Source: an uncultured Acidimicrobiaceae bacterium (GTDB lineage Bacteria > Actinomycetota > Acidimicrobiia > Acidimicrobiales > Bog-793). From it: a stretch of DNA of 64,000 bases. The stretch spans positions 16,409-80,408 of the forward strand of contig CAVSHA010000020.1 of the NCBI GenBank assembly GCA_963727645.1. Reading direction: 5' to 3'. Below the pieces are notes generated by a model that had not been told where the DNA came from, searched no databases, and saw nothing but the letters and a program-made list of their open reading frames with translations. Made by a program: the position numbers and the translations under genes. The number at the start of each line of letters is the position of its first letter. Within the stretch, counting starts at the first letter, position 1. Positions 20,289-28,775 of this stretch are shown here, in pieces.

Positions 20289-21710
20289 ATGACTCTTACA
20301 GGAGATTCACAGGGTGCCGACGACCCTGCTGTCGGGTATCGGATCGAGCACGATTCCATGGGTGAGATCCGGGTACCGCAGAGCGCTCGATGGGCAGCAC
20401 AGACACAGCGGGCCGTCGAGAACTTCCCGATCTCGGGCCAGACCGTGGAGCCCGCGCTTCTCGTCGCTCTGGCGATGATCAAGGGCGCAGCCGCAACAGT
20501 GAACGCCGAGATGGGAACGATCGGCTCAGACGTGGCGGCGGCGATTGCCGAAGCAGCCGAAGAAGTGGCAGAAGGGCGCCACTTTGACCAGTTCCCGATC
20601 GACGTCTTCCAGACGGGTTCAGGGACCTCCACCAACATGAACATGAATGAAGTGTTGGTGAGTCTTGCGCGAGAACGGCTTGGGCGGGAGGTGCGCCCGA
20701 ACGACGAGCCCAACGCCTCACAGTCAACCAATGACGTGTTCCCTACGGCGATCCACTTGGCCGCGGCCGGGGGGATCGTCGACGACCTGATTCCGGCCCT
20801 GAGTCATCTGGCCTCGAGCCTGCGCGCGAAACAGGAGGAGTTCGCCGGGATTGTGAAGTCCGGGCGCACCCACCTGATGGATGCGACGCCCGTGACACTC
20901 GGCCAGGAGTTCGGCGGATATGCGGCCGCGATCGAGTACGGCGTGGAACGCCTGGAATCCGTGCTGGGCCGCGTGGCCGAGCTGCCGCTTGGCGGGACGG
21001 CCGTCGGTACCGGGCTGAACGCCAAGGCGGGCTTCGCCGCCAAGGTGATCGCGCGGCTCGCGGACGCGACAGGGCTGCCGCTCACGGAGGCCCGCGACCA
21101 TTTCGAGGCCCAGGGCTCCCGGGACGCCCTCGTCGAAGCATCTGGTGCGCTCCGGACGATCGCGGTGTCGCTCTACAAGGTCTCGAACGACCTTCGGTGG
21201 ATGTCCTCCGGCCCGCGGTGCGGTCTGGGCGAGATTCACCTGCCGGATCTCCAGCCGGGCTCGTCGATCATGCCAGGGAAGGTGAACCCGGTGGTTCCAG
21301 AGGCCGTTTGCCAGGTTGTCGCGCAGGTCGTCGGCAATGACGCCGCAGTTGCGTTCGGTGGTGCCGCAGGCAACTTCGAGCTCAACGTGATGATGCCTGT
21401 GATCGGGAGCAATCTGCTCGAGTCCATCCGCCTGCTTTCCTCGGTGAGCGTTGCTCTGGCGGACAAGTGCGTGGCCGGGATCGTCGCCGACGAGGAGCGG
21501 TGCCGCTCCTACGCGCTCTCCTCCCCGTCGCTCGCCACGGCGCTCAATCCCTACATCGGCTACGAGCAGGCGGCCAAGGTGGTGAAGACGGCCGTGGCCG
21601 GCGGAAGGGACCTGCGGACCGTCGTGCTGGAGATGGGGCTGCTCACCGAGGAGGAAGTCGACCGGGCTCTGGACGTGCTGGCGATGACCAGGGGGGGGAT
21701 CGTCGGCTGA
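20289..21710 (+). CDS. fumC: Class II fumarate hydratase
   Basis: 473 aa with the signature [12 protein letters not shown], plus [14 protein letters not shown] and [12 protein letters not shown]. Confidence 0.97.
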   Translation: MTLTGDSQGADDPAVGYRIEHDSMGEIRVPQSARWAAQTQRAVENFPISGQTVEPALLVALAMIKGAAATVNAEMGTIGSDVAAAIAEAAEEVAEGRHFDQFPIDVFQTGSGTSTNMNMNEVLVSLARERLGREVRPNDEPNASQSTNDVFPTAIHLAAAGGIVDDLIPALSHLASSLRAKQEEFAGIVKSGRTHLMDATPVTLGQEFGGYAAAIEYGVERLESVLGRVAELPLGGTAVGTGLNAKAGFAAKVIARLADATGLPLTEARDHFEAQGSRDALVEASGALRTIAVSLYKVSNDLRWMSSGPRCGLGEIHLPDLQPGSSIMPGKVNPVVPEAVCQVVAQVVGNDAAVAFGGAAGNFELNVMMPVIGSNLLESIRLLSSVSVALADKCVAGIVADEERCRSYALSSPSLATALNPYIGYEQAAKVVKTAVAGGRDLRTVVLEMGLLTEEEVDRALDVLAMTRGGIVG

Positions 21711-21733
21711 GCACAGTCGGCCGGGGATCAGAA

Positions 21734-21759
21734 CCGCCGCCGCAGCTCCTTGGCGGCGT
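21734..21759 (+). terminator. Hairpin downstream of fumC (candidate terminator)
   Basis: ACGCCGCC (21734-21741) pairs with GGCGGCGT (21752-21759) around a 10-nt loop, 24 nt after the fumC stop. There is no U-tract. Confidence 0.3.
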
Positions 21760-21800
21760 GCCGTCGCCGTGCCGCCGCCGCGCCGGTAGCGTCCGTTCGG

Positions 21801-22592
21801 ATGCACCCCATCGAACGCCTGCGGTGGATTGCGCGGGATCGTGACGAGTCGCCCGCTGCTCTCGCCGTCGAGGCGGCATGGGCAATCTCCGAGCTCGCAG
21901 TCGACGAACCACTCGCGGTCGTGACTGCCTGCCGGCGACTCGTCGAGTCCCACGTCAGCTTTGGGCCGCTCTGGTGGGTGGCCGCGACAGTGCTCGTCGC
22001 CCCTGATCCCCATCAGGCCGCCCGGCGCGCCGCCGGTGAGCTTGCCTCGGATCCCACGGCCGAGCTGCTCGCGGCTGGGCTGAGTGAACGTCTTCTCGGC
22101 GACGTGCCCATTGTCGTTGCGTGTCCCGCTCAGACCGTGCTGGAGGCGTGTTCGCGTCGCGCATCGGCAGTTGTCCGCGTCGTTGGGTCCTCGCCTGGGC
22201 TCCGCGCCGAGGTTCGCAGGTTTGCGGCGGTCTCGGCAGCCAGCGGCTGGGAGTTCGACGAAGCAGGGGAGGTCGTCCAGGGAGCGGCAGTGGTGCTCGT
22301 GGAGGCTCTTGCGGCCGGCTCCCGTGGCGTGCTGGTCGCCGCGCCGGCCTCTCCTCTCGTTCGGGCCGCTCATGACGCAGCGGTTCCCCTGTGGGGAGTT
22401 GTGGGCGCCGGCCGCGTGCTGCACGACCAGCTGTTCGGAGAGCTCATGAGGCGGGCCGGCGACGACGTCGAACTGATGGAACCGGGCGCCTGGGACCTCG
22501 TGGCTGGTCCGTCGGGTCTCGAGGGCCCTGTCCAGGCCCTCCGTCAAGGTGCGTGCCCGCCGGCGCCCGAGCTCGTCGTTCGTGCGAGGTGA
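21801..22592 (+). CDS. Hypothetical protein, possibly a degenerate eIF-2B/MtnA-like fold
   Basis: It lies inside ORF 21750..22592; I prefer ATG 21801 (MHPIERLRWIARD). The layout is a helical N-terminus followed by VVLVEALAAGSRGVLVAAPASPLVRAAHDAAVPLWGVVG. That resembles the eIF-2B family pattern (VLVGADAV..G.V.NK.GT..LA.AA...VP), but the match is weak. Confidence 0.5.
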   Translation: MHPIERLRWIARDRDESPAALAVEAAWAISELAVDEPLAVVTACRRLVESHVSFGPLWWVAATVLVAPDPHQAARRAAGELASDPTAELLAAGLSERLLGDVPIVVACPAQTVLEACSRRASAVVRVVGSSPGLRAEVRRFAAVSAASGWEFDEAGEVVQGAAVVLVEALAAGSRGVLVAAPASPLVRAAHDAAVPLWGVVGAGRVLHDQLFGELMRRAGDDVELMEPGAWDLVAGPSGLEGPVQALRQGACPPAPELVVRAR

Positions 22593-22619
22593 CCGGCTCG
22601 TGACTACCTCGGGCCGTCC

Positions 22620-23912
22620 TCAGACCTGTGACCGGCTCTCGGGCGCGTTGTCCTGTGCCGGCGTGAGCGCGCGACCCAACCACTGGGCACCGAGCGCCGC
22701 AGCGCCGCAGCAGGCGACGAAGAAGCCGAGCAGGAAGATGCCGAGGCCGGCGCCGATCGCCGCTCCTGAGATCGCCGGGCTCACGACGTTGGCCACCGTG
22801 ACGCACATTGCGGACGCCGCGAAGTAACGCCCGCGCAGCGCCAACGGCGCAAGCTCGTTTACGAGAGGCCCGCTGACGGGGCTCAGGAGCACTTCGCCCA
22901 CAGCGAACACGACCATGGTGGCGATCACAAGTGCCCTGGCGGCGCTGGACCCTGGCATGAGACCGGCGGCTGCGAGCACGACCCAGCAGGCTGCGAACGC
23001 CGCTGCCACCAGCTCGAGAGCTGTCGTGCGCTTCGTCCGACTGACGATTCGCAGGGCCAGCGGTTGCGCCAGCACGATGAACCCGGTGTTGGCCGCGAAC
23101 GCGGCCGCGATCGTGCCGGGACCGGCCTTGGCCACCGAGGTGGCGAAGGCTACGAAGCCGGTGTTCAAAGCGGCGTAGCCGGCCATCATGAGGATGGTCG
23201 TCGTCACCAGGTAACGGCGGAACAGGCCGTCGCCCAGCACGGCGCGGTATCCACGCTGGGGGGCCTGGTCTCGAGAGCCGGCTTTCGAGGCCGCCTCAGT
23301 CGTCAAGACCGGCCCGTGGTCTTGGCGCGTCGGGCGGAAAGCGCTCCGCGGCAAGAGCGCGAGCGCTGCAACGACGACCAAAGCGGAAGCTCCGTTGACG
23401 AGGTACACCGCCACAAAGGTCCCCGGCTCCCGGACGTGGACGACGAGACCGCCGACGATCGCACCGATGCCGAGACCCAGGTTCAACAGCTGGAAGTTGC
23501 GTGCGAAGGCCAAGATGCTGACCTTGTCTTCCTTGACCATCACTCCCAACAGGGCGTTCCAGGTCGGCCAAGCGGCCGCTTGGCCGAGCCCGTATACGAA
23601 CATGGCGGGCAGGGCGGTCAACACGCTGTGCACCGTCGCGAGACCGGCGATGCCAAGACCCTGTACGACGTTGGCCACGAGCACCACTTCCCGGGCACCG
23701 ACGCGGTCGACGAGGGCACCGGCCAATGGGCTCACTGGCAGTGCAAGAACGGCGACGCCCCCGATCAACAGGCCCGAGATCCCGAGCGGGATGTGCCGGA
23801 CCTGGTGCATGTAGATGACGAGAAACGGCATTGTCAGCCCGCTGCCGATCGACGACACGAAGCTCGCCGCGAGCAGGACGCGGAAGGTCCCTGGCAGACG
23901 ACTCGCGGGCAT
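22620..23912 (-). CDS. MFS transporter
   Basis: This is the 3' part of ORF 22620..24566. Hydrophobic MFS-like sequence begins at ATG 23912 (MPASRLPGTFRVLLAASFVSSIGSGLTMPFLVIYM). The 5' extension of the ORF is antisense to the hydrolase gene. Confidence 0.85.
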   Translation of the reverse strand: MPASRLPGTFRVLLAASFVSSIGSGLTMPFLVIYMHQVRHIPLGISGLLIGGVAVLALPVSPLAGALVDRVGAREVVLVANVVQGLGIAGLATVHSVLTALPAMFVYGLGQAAAWPTWNALLGVMVKEDKVSILAFARNFQLLNLGLGIGAIVGGLVVHVREPGTFVAVYLVNGASALVVVAALALLPRSAFRPTRQDHGPVLTTEAASKAGSRDQAPQRGYRAVLGDGLFRRYLVTTTILMMAGYAALNTGFVAFATSVAKAGPGTIAAAFAANTGFIVLAQPLALRIVSRTKRTTALELVAAAFAACWVVLAAAGLMPGSSAARALVIATMVVFAVGEVLLSPVSGPLVNELAPLALRGRYFAASAMCVTVANVVSPAISGAAIGAGLGIFLLGFFVACCGAAALGAQWLGRALTPAQDNAPESRSQV

Positions 23913-23981
23913 CGGGTCAATACTCGCGCGCTCGACCCGATTCCTGAGCCGGGCGTGCGGCGGGGGAGTAGCTTCGCCGCT

Positions 23982-24665
23982 ATGGGATCGGTTATCGAGT
24001 TTCCGAGCAATGGTTCGACCGACGTCGGGTACCTGGCCTTGCCGGCCGGCGGGAGCGGGCCGGGAGTCGTCGTGATCCAGGAGTGGTGGGGCCTGGTTGA
24101 TCACATCAAGGATGTATGCGATCGCTTCGCAGCCGAAGGCTTCGTTGCGCTGGCGCCCGACCTGTACCACGGCAGCAAGGTGGCCGAGCCCGACCAGGCC
24201 GCGAAGCTGATGATGGCGCTCGAGCTGGACCGCGCGGGGAGGGACATGAGCGGTGCCGTGGACGAGGTCGCGACCCGGTCGAGTGGTGCCGGGGTCGGCG
24301 TCGTCGGGTTCTGCATGGGCGGCGGGCTGGCTCTGATGCTCGCAGCGCAGCGTCCCGACAAGGTGCGGGCCGTGGTGCCCTTTTACGGCGTCGTGCCGTG
24401 GGAGGGTGCGCAGCCCGACTACTCGGCGCTGACCGGCGCGGTCCTCGGCCACTTCGCTGGGAAGGACGAATCGGCGGGCCCCGAGGCGGCTCGGGCACTC
24501 GTGCGCACTCTGAGGGCAGCGGGCAATGACGATGTGGACATCCACATCTATCCCGAAGCCGACCACGCCTTTTTCAACGACACGCGCCCTGAGGTCTATG
24601 ACGCCGAGGCATCAGCGCTCGCCTGGCGACGCACCACTGAGTTCCTCCGCTCCCGCATCGGTTGA
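23982..24665 (+). CDS. Dienelactone hydrolase family protein
   Basis: It starts at ATG 23982 within ORF 23064..24665. The sequence runs MGSVIEFPSNG..GYLALP..GPGVVVIQEWWGL, with nucleophile motif VGFCMGGGLA and C-terminal YPEADHAFFND. Confidence 0.9.
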   Translation: MGSVIEFPSNGSTDVGYLALPAGGSGPGVVVIQEWWGLVDHIKDVCDRFAAEGFVALAPDLYHGSKVAEPDQAAKLMMALELDRAGRDMSGAVDEVATRSSGAGVGVVGFCMGGGLALMLAAQRPDKVRAVVPFYGVVPWEGAQPDYSALTGAVLGHFAGKDESAGPEAARALVRTLRAAGNDDVDIHIYPEADHAFFNDTRPEVYDAEASALAWRRTTEFLRSRIG

Positions 24666-24670
24666 ACGCC

Positions 24671-25927
24671 ATGACGCCGCAGGTCGTGGAGCGTTACCTC
24701 GCTCTCGGCTTGGCAATGGACCGCCACGTGCGCGGGCTCGTGGACTCCTATTACGGGCCTGAGCCAATCGCGGCCCGCGTCGCCGCCACGCCGATCACAC
24801 CGCCGGAGCACCTCGTCACCGAGGCACGAGCGCTTCTTGCGGCCATTGATGCAGGCGAACCGTTCGGCGATCCCGACGAGCGAGCAGTTCCGGACCACCG
24901 CCAGCTCGAGGCCGTGCCCGATGCCGGAAGGGACGCGGCGAGGCGCCATTACCTGCGTGCCCAGGCGATCGGCCTGCTTACCACGGCGCGCAAGCTCGCC
25001 GGCGAGCCAATTGCTTACGCGGACGAGGTGGAGACCTGCTACGGCGTGCGCCCACGCAGATTCGAGCAAGACGAGTTCGAGGCGGCACGCCGCCGCCTTG
25101 ACGAAGTCGTGCCGGGCAAAGGGCCGCTCCTGGAGCGCTGCGTGGCATGGCGCGAGTCGCGGACGGTGCCCGCCGACCGGCTGGAGGCGGCGATCGCTTC
25201 GCTTGCCGAGGACCTCCGGGACCGGACCCGGCTCATGGTCGGCCTGCCCGAGGGCGAACGCGTCGACTTCGCGTTGGTCAACGGCAAGCCGTGGAGCGGC
25301 TTCAACTACTACCTGGGAGGGCTGCGGTCGAGAGTCGAGATCGACACTGGTCTCCCGGTGCTCTCGACTTCTCTCGGTTCTCTGGTGGCACACGAGGCTT
25401 ATCCCGGTCACCACACGGAGCACGTCCTCAAAGAGGTGGGGCTCCTCCGGCGCTACCGCTGCTGGGAAGAGTCGATCGTCGTCATCGGAACGCCGCGCAA
25501 CCTGATCTCGGAGGGACTCGCCGATCTTGGTTTCGAGGTGGCGATGGGTCCCTCTCCGGAGGCCGTCGTGGCCGAGCACCTGACGCCGCTCGGGATCTCC
25601 TACGACCCGGACGTGGTCACGATCATGAGAGAGGCCGGGGAGACGCTTGCCCGGGTGCGAGCGAATGCGGCCTTTCGCCTGTGGGAAGACGGGGCCGATC
25701 CCGACACGGTGATCGACGAGGTGGTCCAATTCGGGCTGGTCTCGAGAACGAGGGCGGAGAAAGCGGTTCAATTTCTGCTGCACCCGACCTGGAGGTCTTA
25801 CATCTCCTGCTATGTCGAGGGCCTGCCGTTGTGCCGGGCGTTCGTGAAAGGCGATCCGGCCCGGTTCGCCCGCCTCGTCACCGAGCAGCTCACGCCTCGA
25901 GATCTGATCGACCAGCTCGAGATCTGA
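24671..25927 (+). CDS. DUF885-like putative metalloprotein (HEAYPGHH motif)
   Basis: ORF 24662..25927, with TTG 24662 overlapping the upstream stop or ATG 24671. It contains LVAHEAYPGHHTEHV, reminiscent of the HExxPGHH motif of DUF885. At about 420 aa it is shorter than my recollection of that family. Confidence 0.65.
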   Translation: MTPQVVERYLALGLAMDRHVRGLVDSYYGPEPIAARVAATPITPPEHLVTEARALLAAIDAGEPFGDPDERAVPDHRQLEAVPDAGRDAARRHYLRAQAIGLLTTARKLAGEPIAYADEVETCYGVRPRRFEQDEFEAARRRLDEVVPGKGPLLERCVAWRESRTVPADRLEAAIASLAEDLRDRTRLMVGLPEGERVDFALVNGKPWSGFNYYLGGLRSRVEIDTGLPVLSTSLGSLVAHEAYPGHHTEHVLKEVGLLRRYRCWEESIVVIGTPRNLISEGLADLGFEVAMGPSPEAVVAEHLTPLGISYDPDVVTIMREAGETLARVRANAAFRLWEDGADPDTVIDEVVQFGLVSRTRAEKAVQFLLHPTWRSYISCYVEGLPLCRAFVKGDPARFARLVTEQLTPRDLIDQLEI

Positions 25928-25971
25928 TCGACCAGAAGGCATCCTCGACATGTCGCCCGGGACCGCCCGTC

Positions 25972-26811
25972 ATGCCTGAGCTTCCCCAGATGCAGGCACT
26001 TGCCGAGCGTCTCGACGCAGCGGTCGGGGGAGCGGTCATCGCACAGGTCGAGCTGCTGGGCTTCTCCGGGTTGAAGACCGTTGTGCCGCCGGGCCAGGGC
26101 CTCGAGGGCGAGAGGCTGGCGGGGGTGGGGCACAGGGGCAAGTACCTCGTGATGAGCTTCTCCTCGGGTCGCCGCGTCCTGGTTCACCTGTCGCAGGCGG
26201 GTCGTGTGGACATCGAGGCGCCGGCGAAGCACACCAGGGCGCGGGGCGCCGTTGTTCGCTTCGTGCTGGGAAACGGCACGGGCGTGCTCGTCCGCGAGCA
26301 CGGCCACGAGCGCAAAGCCGGTTGGTGGGTGCTCGATGCCGGCGACGAGGGACCTCTGGGTGGCCTCGGCCCGGAGCCGTCGGACAGGGCGTTCGAGGAT
26401 CTGGTGCTCGCGAGCCGGGACACGCGGCATCTCCACACCGTCCTGCGGGATCAGAGGTTCGTCGCCGGCATCGGCCGAGGCTACGCGGACGACGCGCTGA
26501 ACCGCGCCGGCTTGTCGCCCTTCTCGTCCCTCAACTCGCTGAGCCAGGCGGACCGCCGGAGTCTGGTGGCTGAGGTCCGGTCGGTCCTAGCCGACGCGAC
26601 CGCGTCGGAACGCCGGCGGACAGGGGGCCTGTCGGAGCCCAGGCTGGGCACCGCCTTTGCTGTTCACAATCGGGTCGGCCAGCCCTGCCCCGTCTGCGGG
26701 GAGCCTCTGCTCAGGGTCTCCTACGAGTCGCACGAGGTCGTGTACTGCAAGCGCTGTCAGACCAAAGGCCGCGTTCTTGCGGATCGCCGCCTGTCGCGCC
26801 TGTTGAAGTGA
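25972..26811 (+). CDS. Fpg/Nei family DNA glycosylase (endonuclease VIII-like paralogue)
   Basis: It starts at ATG 25972 within ORF 25147..26811. The N-terminus is MPELPQMQALAERL, there is an H2TH region, and the C-terminal zinc finger is CPVCGEPLLRVSYESHEVVYCKRCQ. Confidence 0.85.
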   Translation: MPELPQMQALAERLDAAVGGAVIAQVELLGFSGLKTVVPPGQGLEGERLAGVGHRGKYLVMSFSSGRRVLVHLSQAGRVDIEAPAKHTRARGAVVRFVLGNGTGVLVREHGHERKAGWWVLDAGDEGPLGGLGPEPSDRAFEDLVLASRDTRHLHTVLRDQRFVAGIGRGYADDALNRAGLSPFSSLNSLSQADRRSLVAEVRSVLADATASERRRTGGLSEPRLGTAFAVHNRVGQPCPVCGEPLLRVSYESHEVVYCKRCQTKGRVLADRRLSRLLK

Positions 26812-26840
26812 TCGCTGCTGGGACGCCGGCGCTGGGCATC

Positions 26841-27533
26841 TCAAGGAGCCAAGCGGCGGCCCATGACCGTGACGAGGGGCGGCAGCACCACGGAGGCATC
26901 GCCCGGTTCCACCTCGGTGAGCTCCTCGAGGTAGGTCGCCACCGGTCCGGGCCCGGCGCCCGCGGGAGCCTCGGCCCAGGCGTCGACGAGCTCGAGGCCG
27001 ACCTCACGGACCATTCTGGGGAGGAGTGCTCCCACATCGGGGTGCCTGGCCCCGGGCATCGACATCGCCGCGCCGTCGATCCGCCCCGCCGAGGTGATCG
27101 GCTCCTGCGCGAGGAGATAGCCCCCGATCTCGAGTGACGCGACCATCCGCTCGAGGACGGCACGGGGCTCGAGGACGTGCATCAGCAAGAAACGGCAGTA
27201 TGCGAGGTCGACGCTCTCCGGCAATGTCAGGTCCTCGCCGGCCTGGGTGATGGCGATGACCTGGGCTCCTCCGGTAGCCGCCGCGGCCGCCGCGACCTCG
27301 TCCCGGGCGCGGGGATCGCTGTCAACTGCATAGACGCGTCCCTCCCGCCCCACGAGCTGTGCGAAGGCCACAGAGACGTCACCGGCACCGGCGCCGACGT
27401 CTACGCACCGCCACCCGGCCTCGAGGCCCAGGCGTTCGAGCGCAGTTGCAAGTGGTCTCCGATAGATGTCGTTGCGAAGCCCGAGCTCGCTCATCGCGAC
27501 GACGGTACTCAAACTTCGCTGATCCGCCGGCAT
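26841..27533 (-). CDS. Class I SAM-dependent methyltransferase
   Basis: 230 aa with motif I CVDVGAGAGDVS followed by VYAVDSDP. The start may be the internal ATG at 27494 (MSELGLRNDIY). Confidence 0.8.
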   Translation of the reverse strand: MPADQRSLSTVVAMSELGLRNDIYRRPLATALERLGLEAGWRCVDVGAGAGDVSVAFAQLVGREGRVYAVDSDPRARDEVAAAAAATGGAQVIAITQAGEDLTLPESVDLAYCRFLLMHVLEPRAVLERMVASLEIGGYLLAQEPITSAGRIDGAAMSMPGARHPDVGALLPRMVREVGLELVDAWAEAPAGAGPGPVATYLEELTEVEPGDASVVLPPLVTVMGRRLAP

Positions 27534-27567
27534 CTTGCCGGGCTACCGTTACTTCGTGCGAGTGACG

Positions 27568-27993
27568 ATGATGCTGTGCGACGCGGCGCAGGTGGCAGAC
27601 GGGAAGCTCTTCATCCTCGGAGGAGGTTGGAGCCTCATCGGGCCCGAGCCCATGCCCTCCGCGATCGCGATCAAGGTGGACGTGGGGTGGCACGAGGCGA
27701 CGCGGCCGCACCACTGGGAGCTCTTCTTGATGGACGAGGACGGGCGCCCGGTCATCGTCGAGGGCGCCGAAGGTCCTCAGCCGATCGAGGTGCGAGGCGA
27801 CTTCGAGGTGGGGCGGCCCGAAGGCGTGCCGGAGGGGAGCCCTGTCGACGTGGCCGTCGCGGTCAACTTCAGCCCGCTCCCCCTCCCGGACAACACACGT
27901 TTCACCTGGCGTCTCACCATCGACGGCGAGAGCGAGGGCGACTGGGAGCTCGCCTTTTCCACGAGGCCCCCGCGGGAACTGCCCGGGCAGTGA
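27568..27993 (+). CDS. Conserved-looking hypothetical protein
   Basis: ORF 27535..27993. A start at 27535 would abut the divergent gene, so I prefer GTG 27562 or ATG 27568/27571 (MMLCDAAQVADGKLFILGGGWSLIG...). Codon bias is good. No family recognised. Confidence 0.55.
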   Translation: MMLCDAAQVADGKLFILGGGWSLIGPEPMPSAIAIKVDVGWHEATRPHHWELFLMDEDGRPVIVEGAEGPQPIEVRGDFEVGRPEGVPEGSPVDVAVAVNFSPLPLPDNTRFTWRLTIDGESEGDWELAFSTRPPRELPGQ

Positions 27994-28147
27994 CGATCCA
28001 GGAGAGGCGCTTTGCGAGGGCGAGGGCTGAGACCCGGGTGCGCCCCGGCTTGCCCGAGCTTTCGTTTCTTGGTCTTGTTGCCGCGCCGCACTAGCCTGCC
28101 GGAGGCCGATTCGCCAAGTCTCATGATCGATGGAAGGAGGGCGACCG

Positions 28148-28699
28148 TTGCCGAGAGTCGAAGCGTCCACGGTGATCGCGGACGTCATGACCGTGATTCC
28201 CGACGTCTACGGCGACAGCCGGGGACGGTTCATCGAGACGTACCGAAGGAACTGGTTCCCCCTCGGCCGCGAGATGGTCCAGGGCAACCGCTCGGACCGT
28301 CAGCAGGGCGCCGTCGTCGGCCTTCACTACCACTTCCACCAGGCTGACTACTGGTATGTGACCCGGGGTCGGGCTCGTGTCGTCCTGTACGACCTCCGGC
28401 TCGGCTCGCCGACCGAAGGGGCGACCGAGATCCTCGAGATCGGCGAGCACGACGACCGCGGGTTGTTCATCCCTCCCGGCGTCGGCCACGGGTTCGCGGC
28501 GGTCACGGATCTGACGCTCACGTACCTCGTCGACTCCTACTACAACCCTGGCGACGAGCTCGGTGTCGCCTGGGACGACCCCGAGCTGAAGGCCGATTGG
28601 CGCGTCACGGACCCGATGGTGTCGGCACGTGACAGGGCGAACCCGCGCCTGTGCGAGATCCCGGACCACCTCCGCCCGCGTTATGGCCTGAGGACCTGA
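28148..28699 (+). CDS. rmlC: dTDP-4-dehydrorhamnose 3,5-epimerase (RmlC-type cupin)
   Basis: ORF 28130..28699. A TTG at 28148 sits 6 nt after GGAAGGAGGG. Motifs are VIPDVYGDSRGRFIETY, QGNRSDRQQGAVVGLHYH and DYWYVTRG..VVLYDLR. Confidence 0.8.
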   Translation: MPRVEASTVIADVMTVIPDVYGDSRGRFIETYRRNWFPLGREMVQGNRSDRQQGAVVGLHYHFHQADYWYVTRGRARVVLYDLRLGSPTEGATEILEIGEHDDRGLFIPPGVGHGFAAVTDLTLTYLVDSYYNPGDELGVAWDDPELKADWRVTDPMVSARDRANPRLCEIPDHLRPRYGLRT

Positions 28700-28775
28700 T
28701 CGCCGATCGACTGCCGGACGCGCGCGACGCCATGGTGGCGGCATTCGGCTTGAATGGGAGCGTGCGCAGTCAGGT

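Noticed and set aside
22620-24566. Over-long ORFs in the track whose 5' parts run through neighbouring genes: 22620..24566, 23064..24665, 25147..26811, 36237..38744, 45708..47132, 46589..47545, 33373..34344.
   Set aside because: Family-like sequence starts only at internal start codons (23912, 23982, 25972, 38027, 46110, 47282 and 33508 respectively). The upstream portions overlap well-supported genes on the other strand or in another frame.
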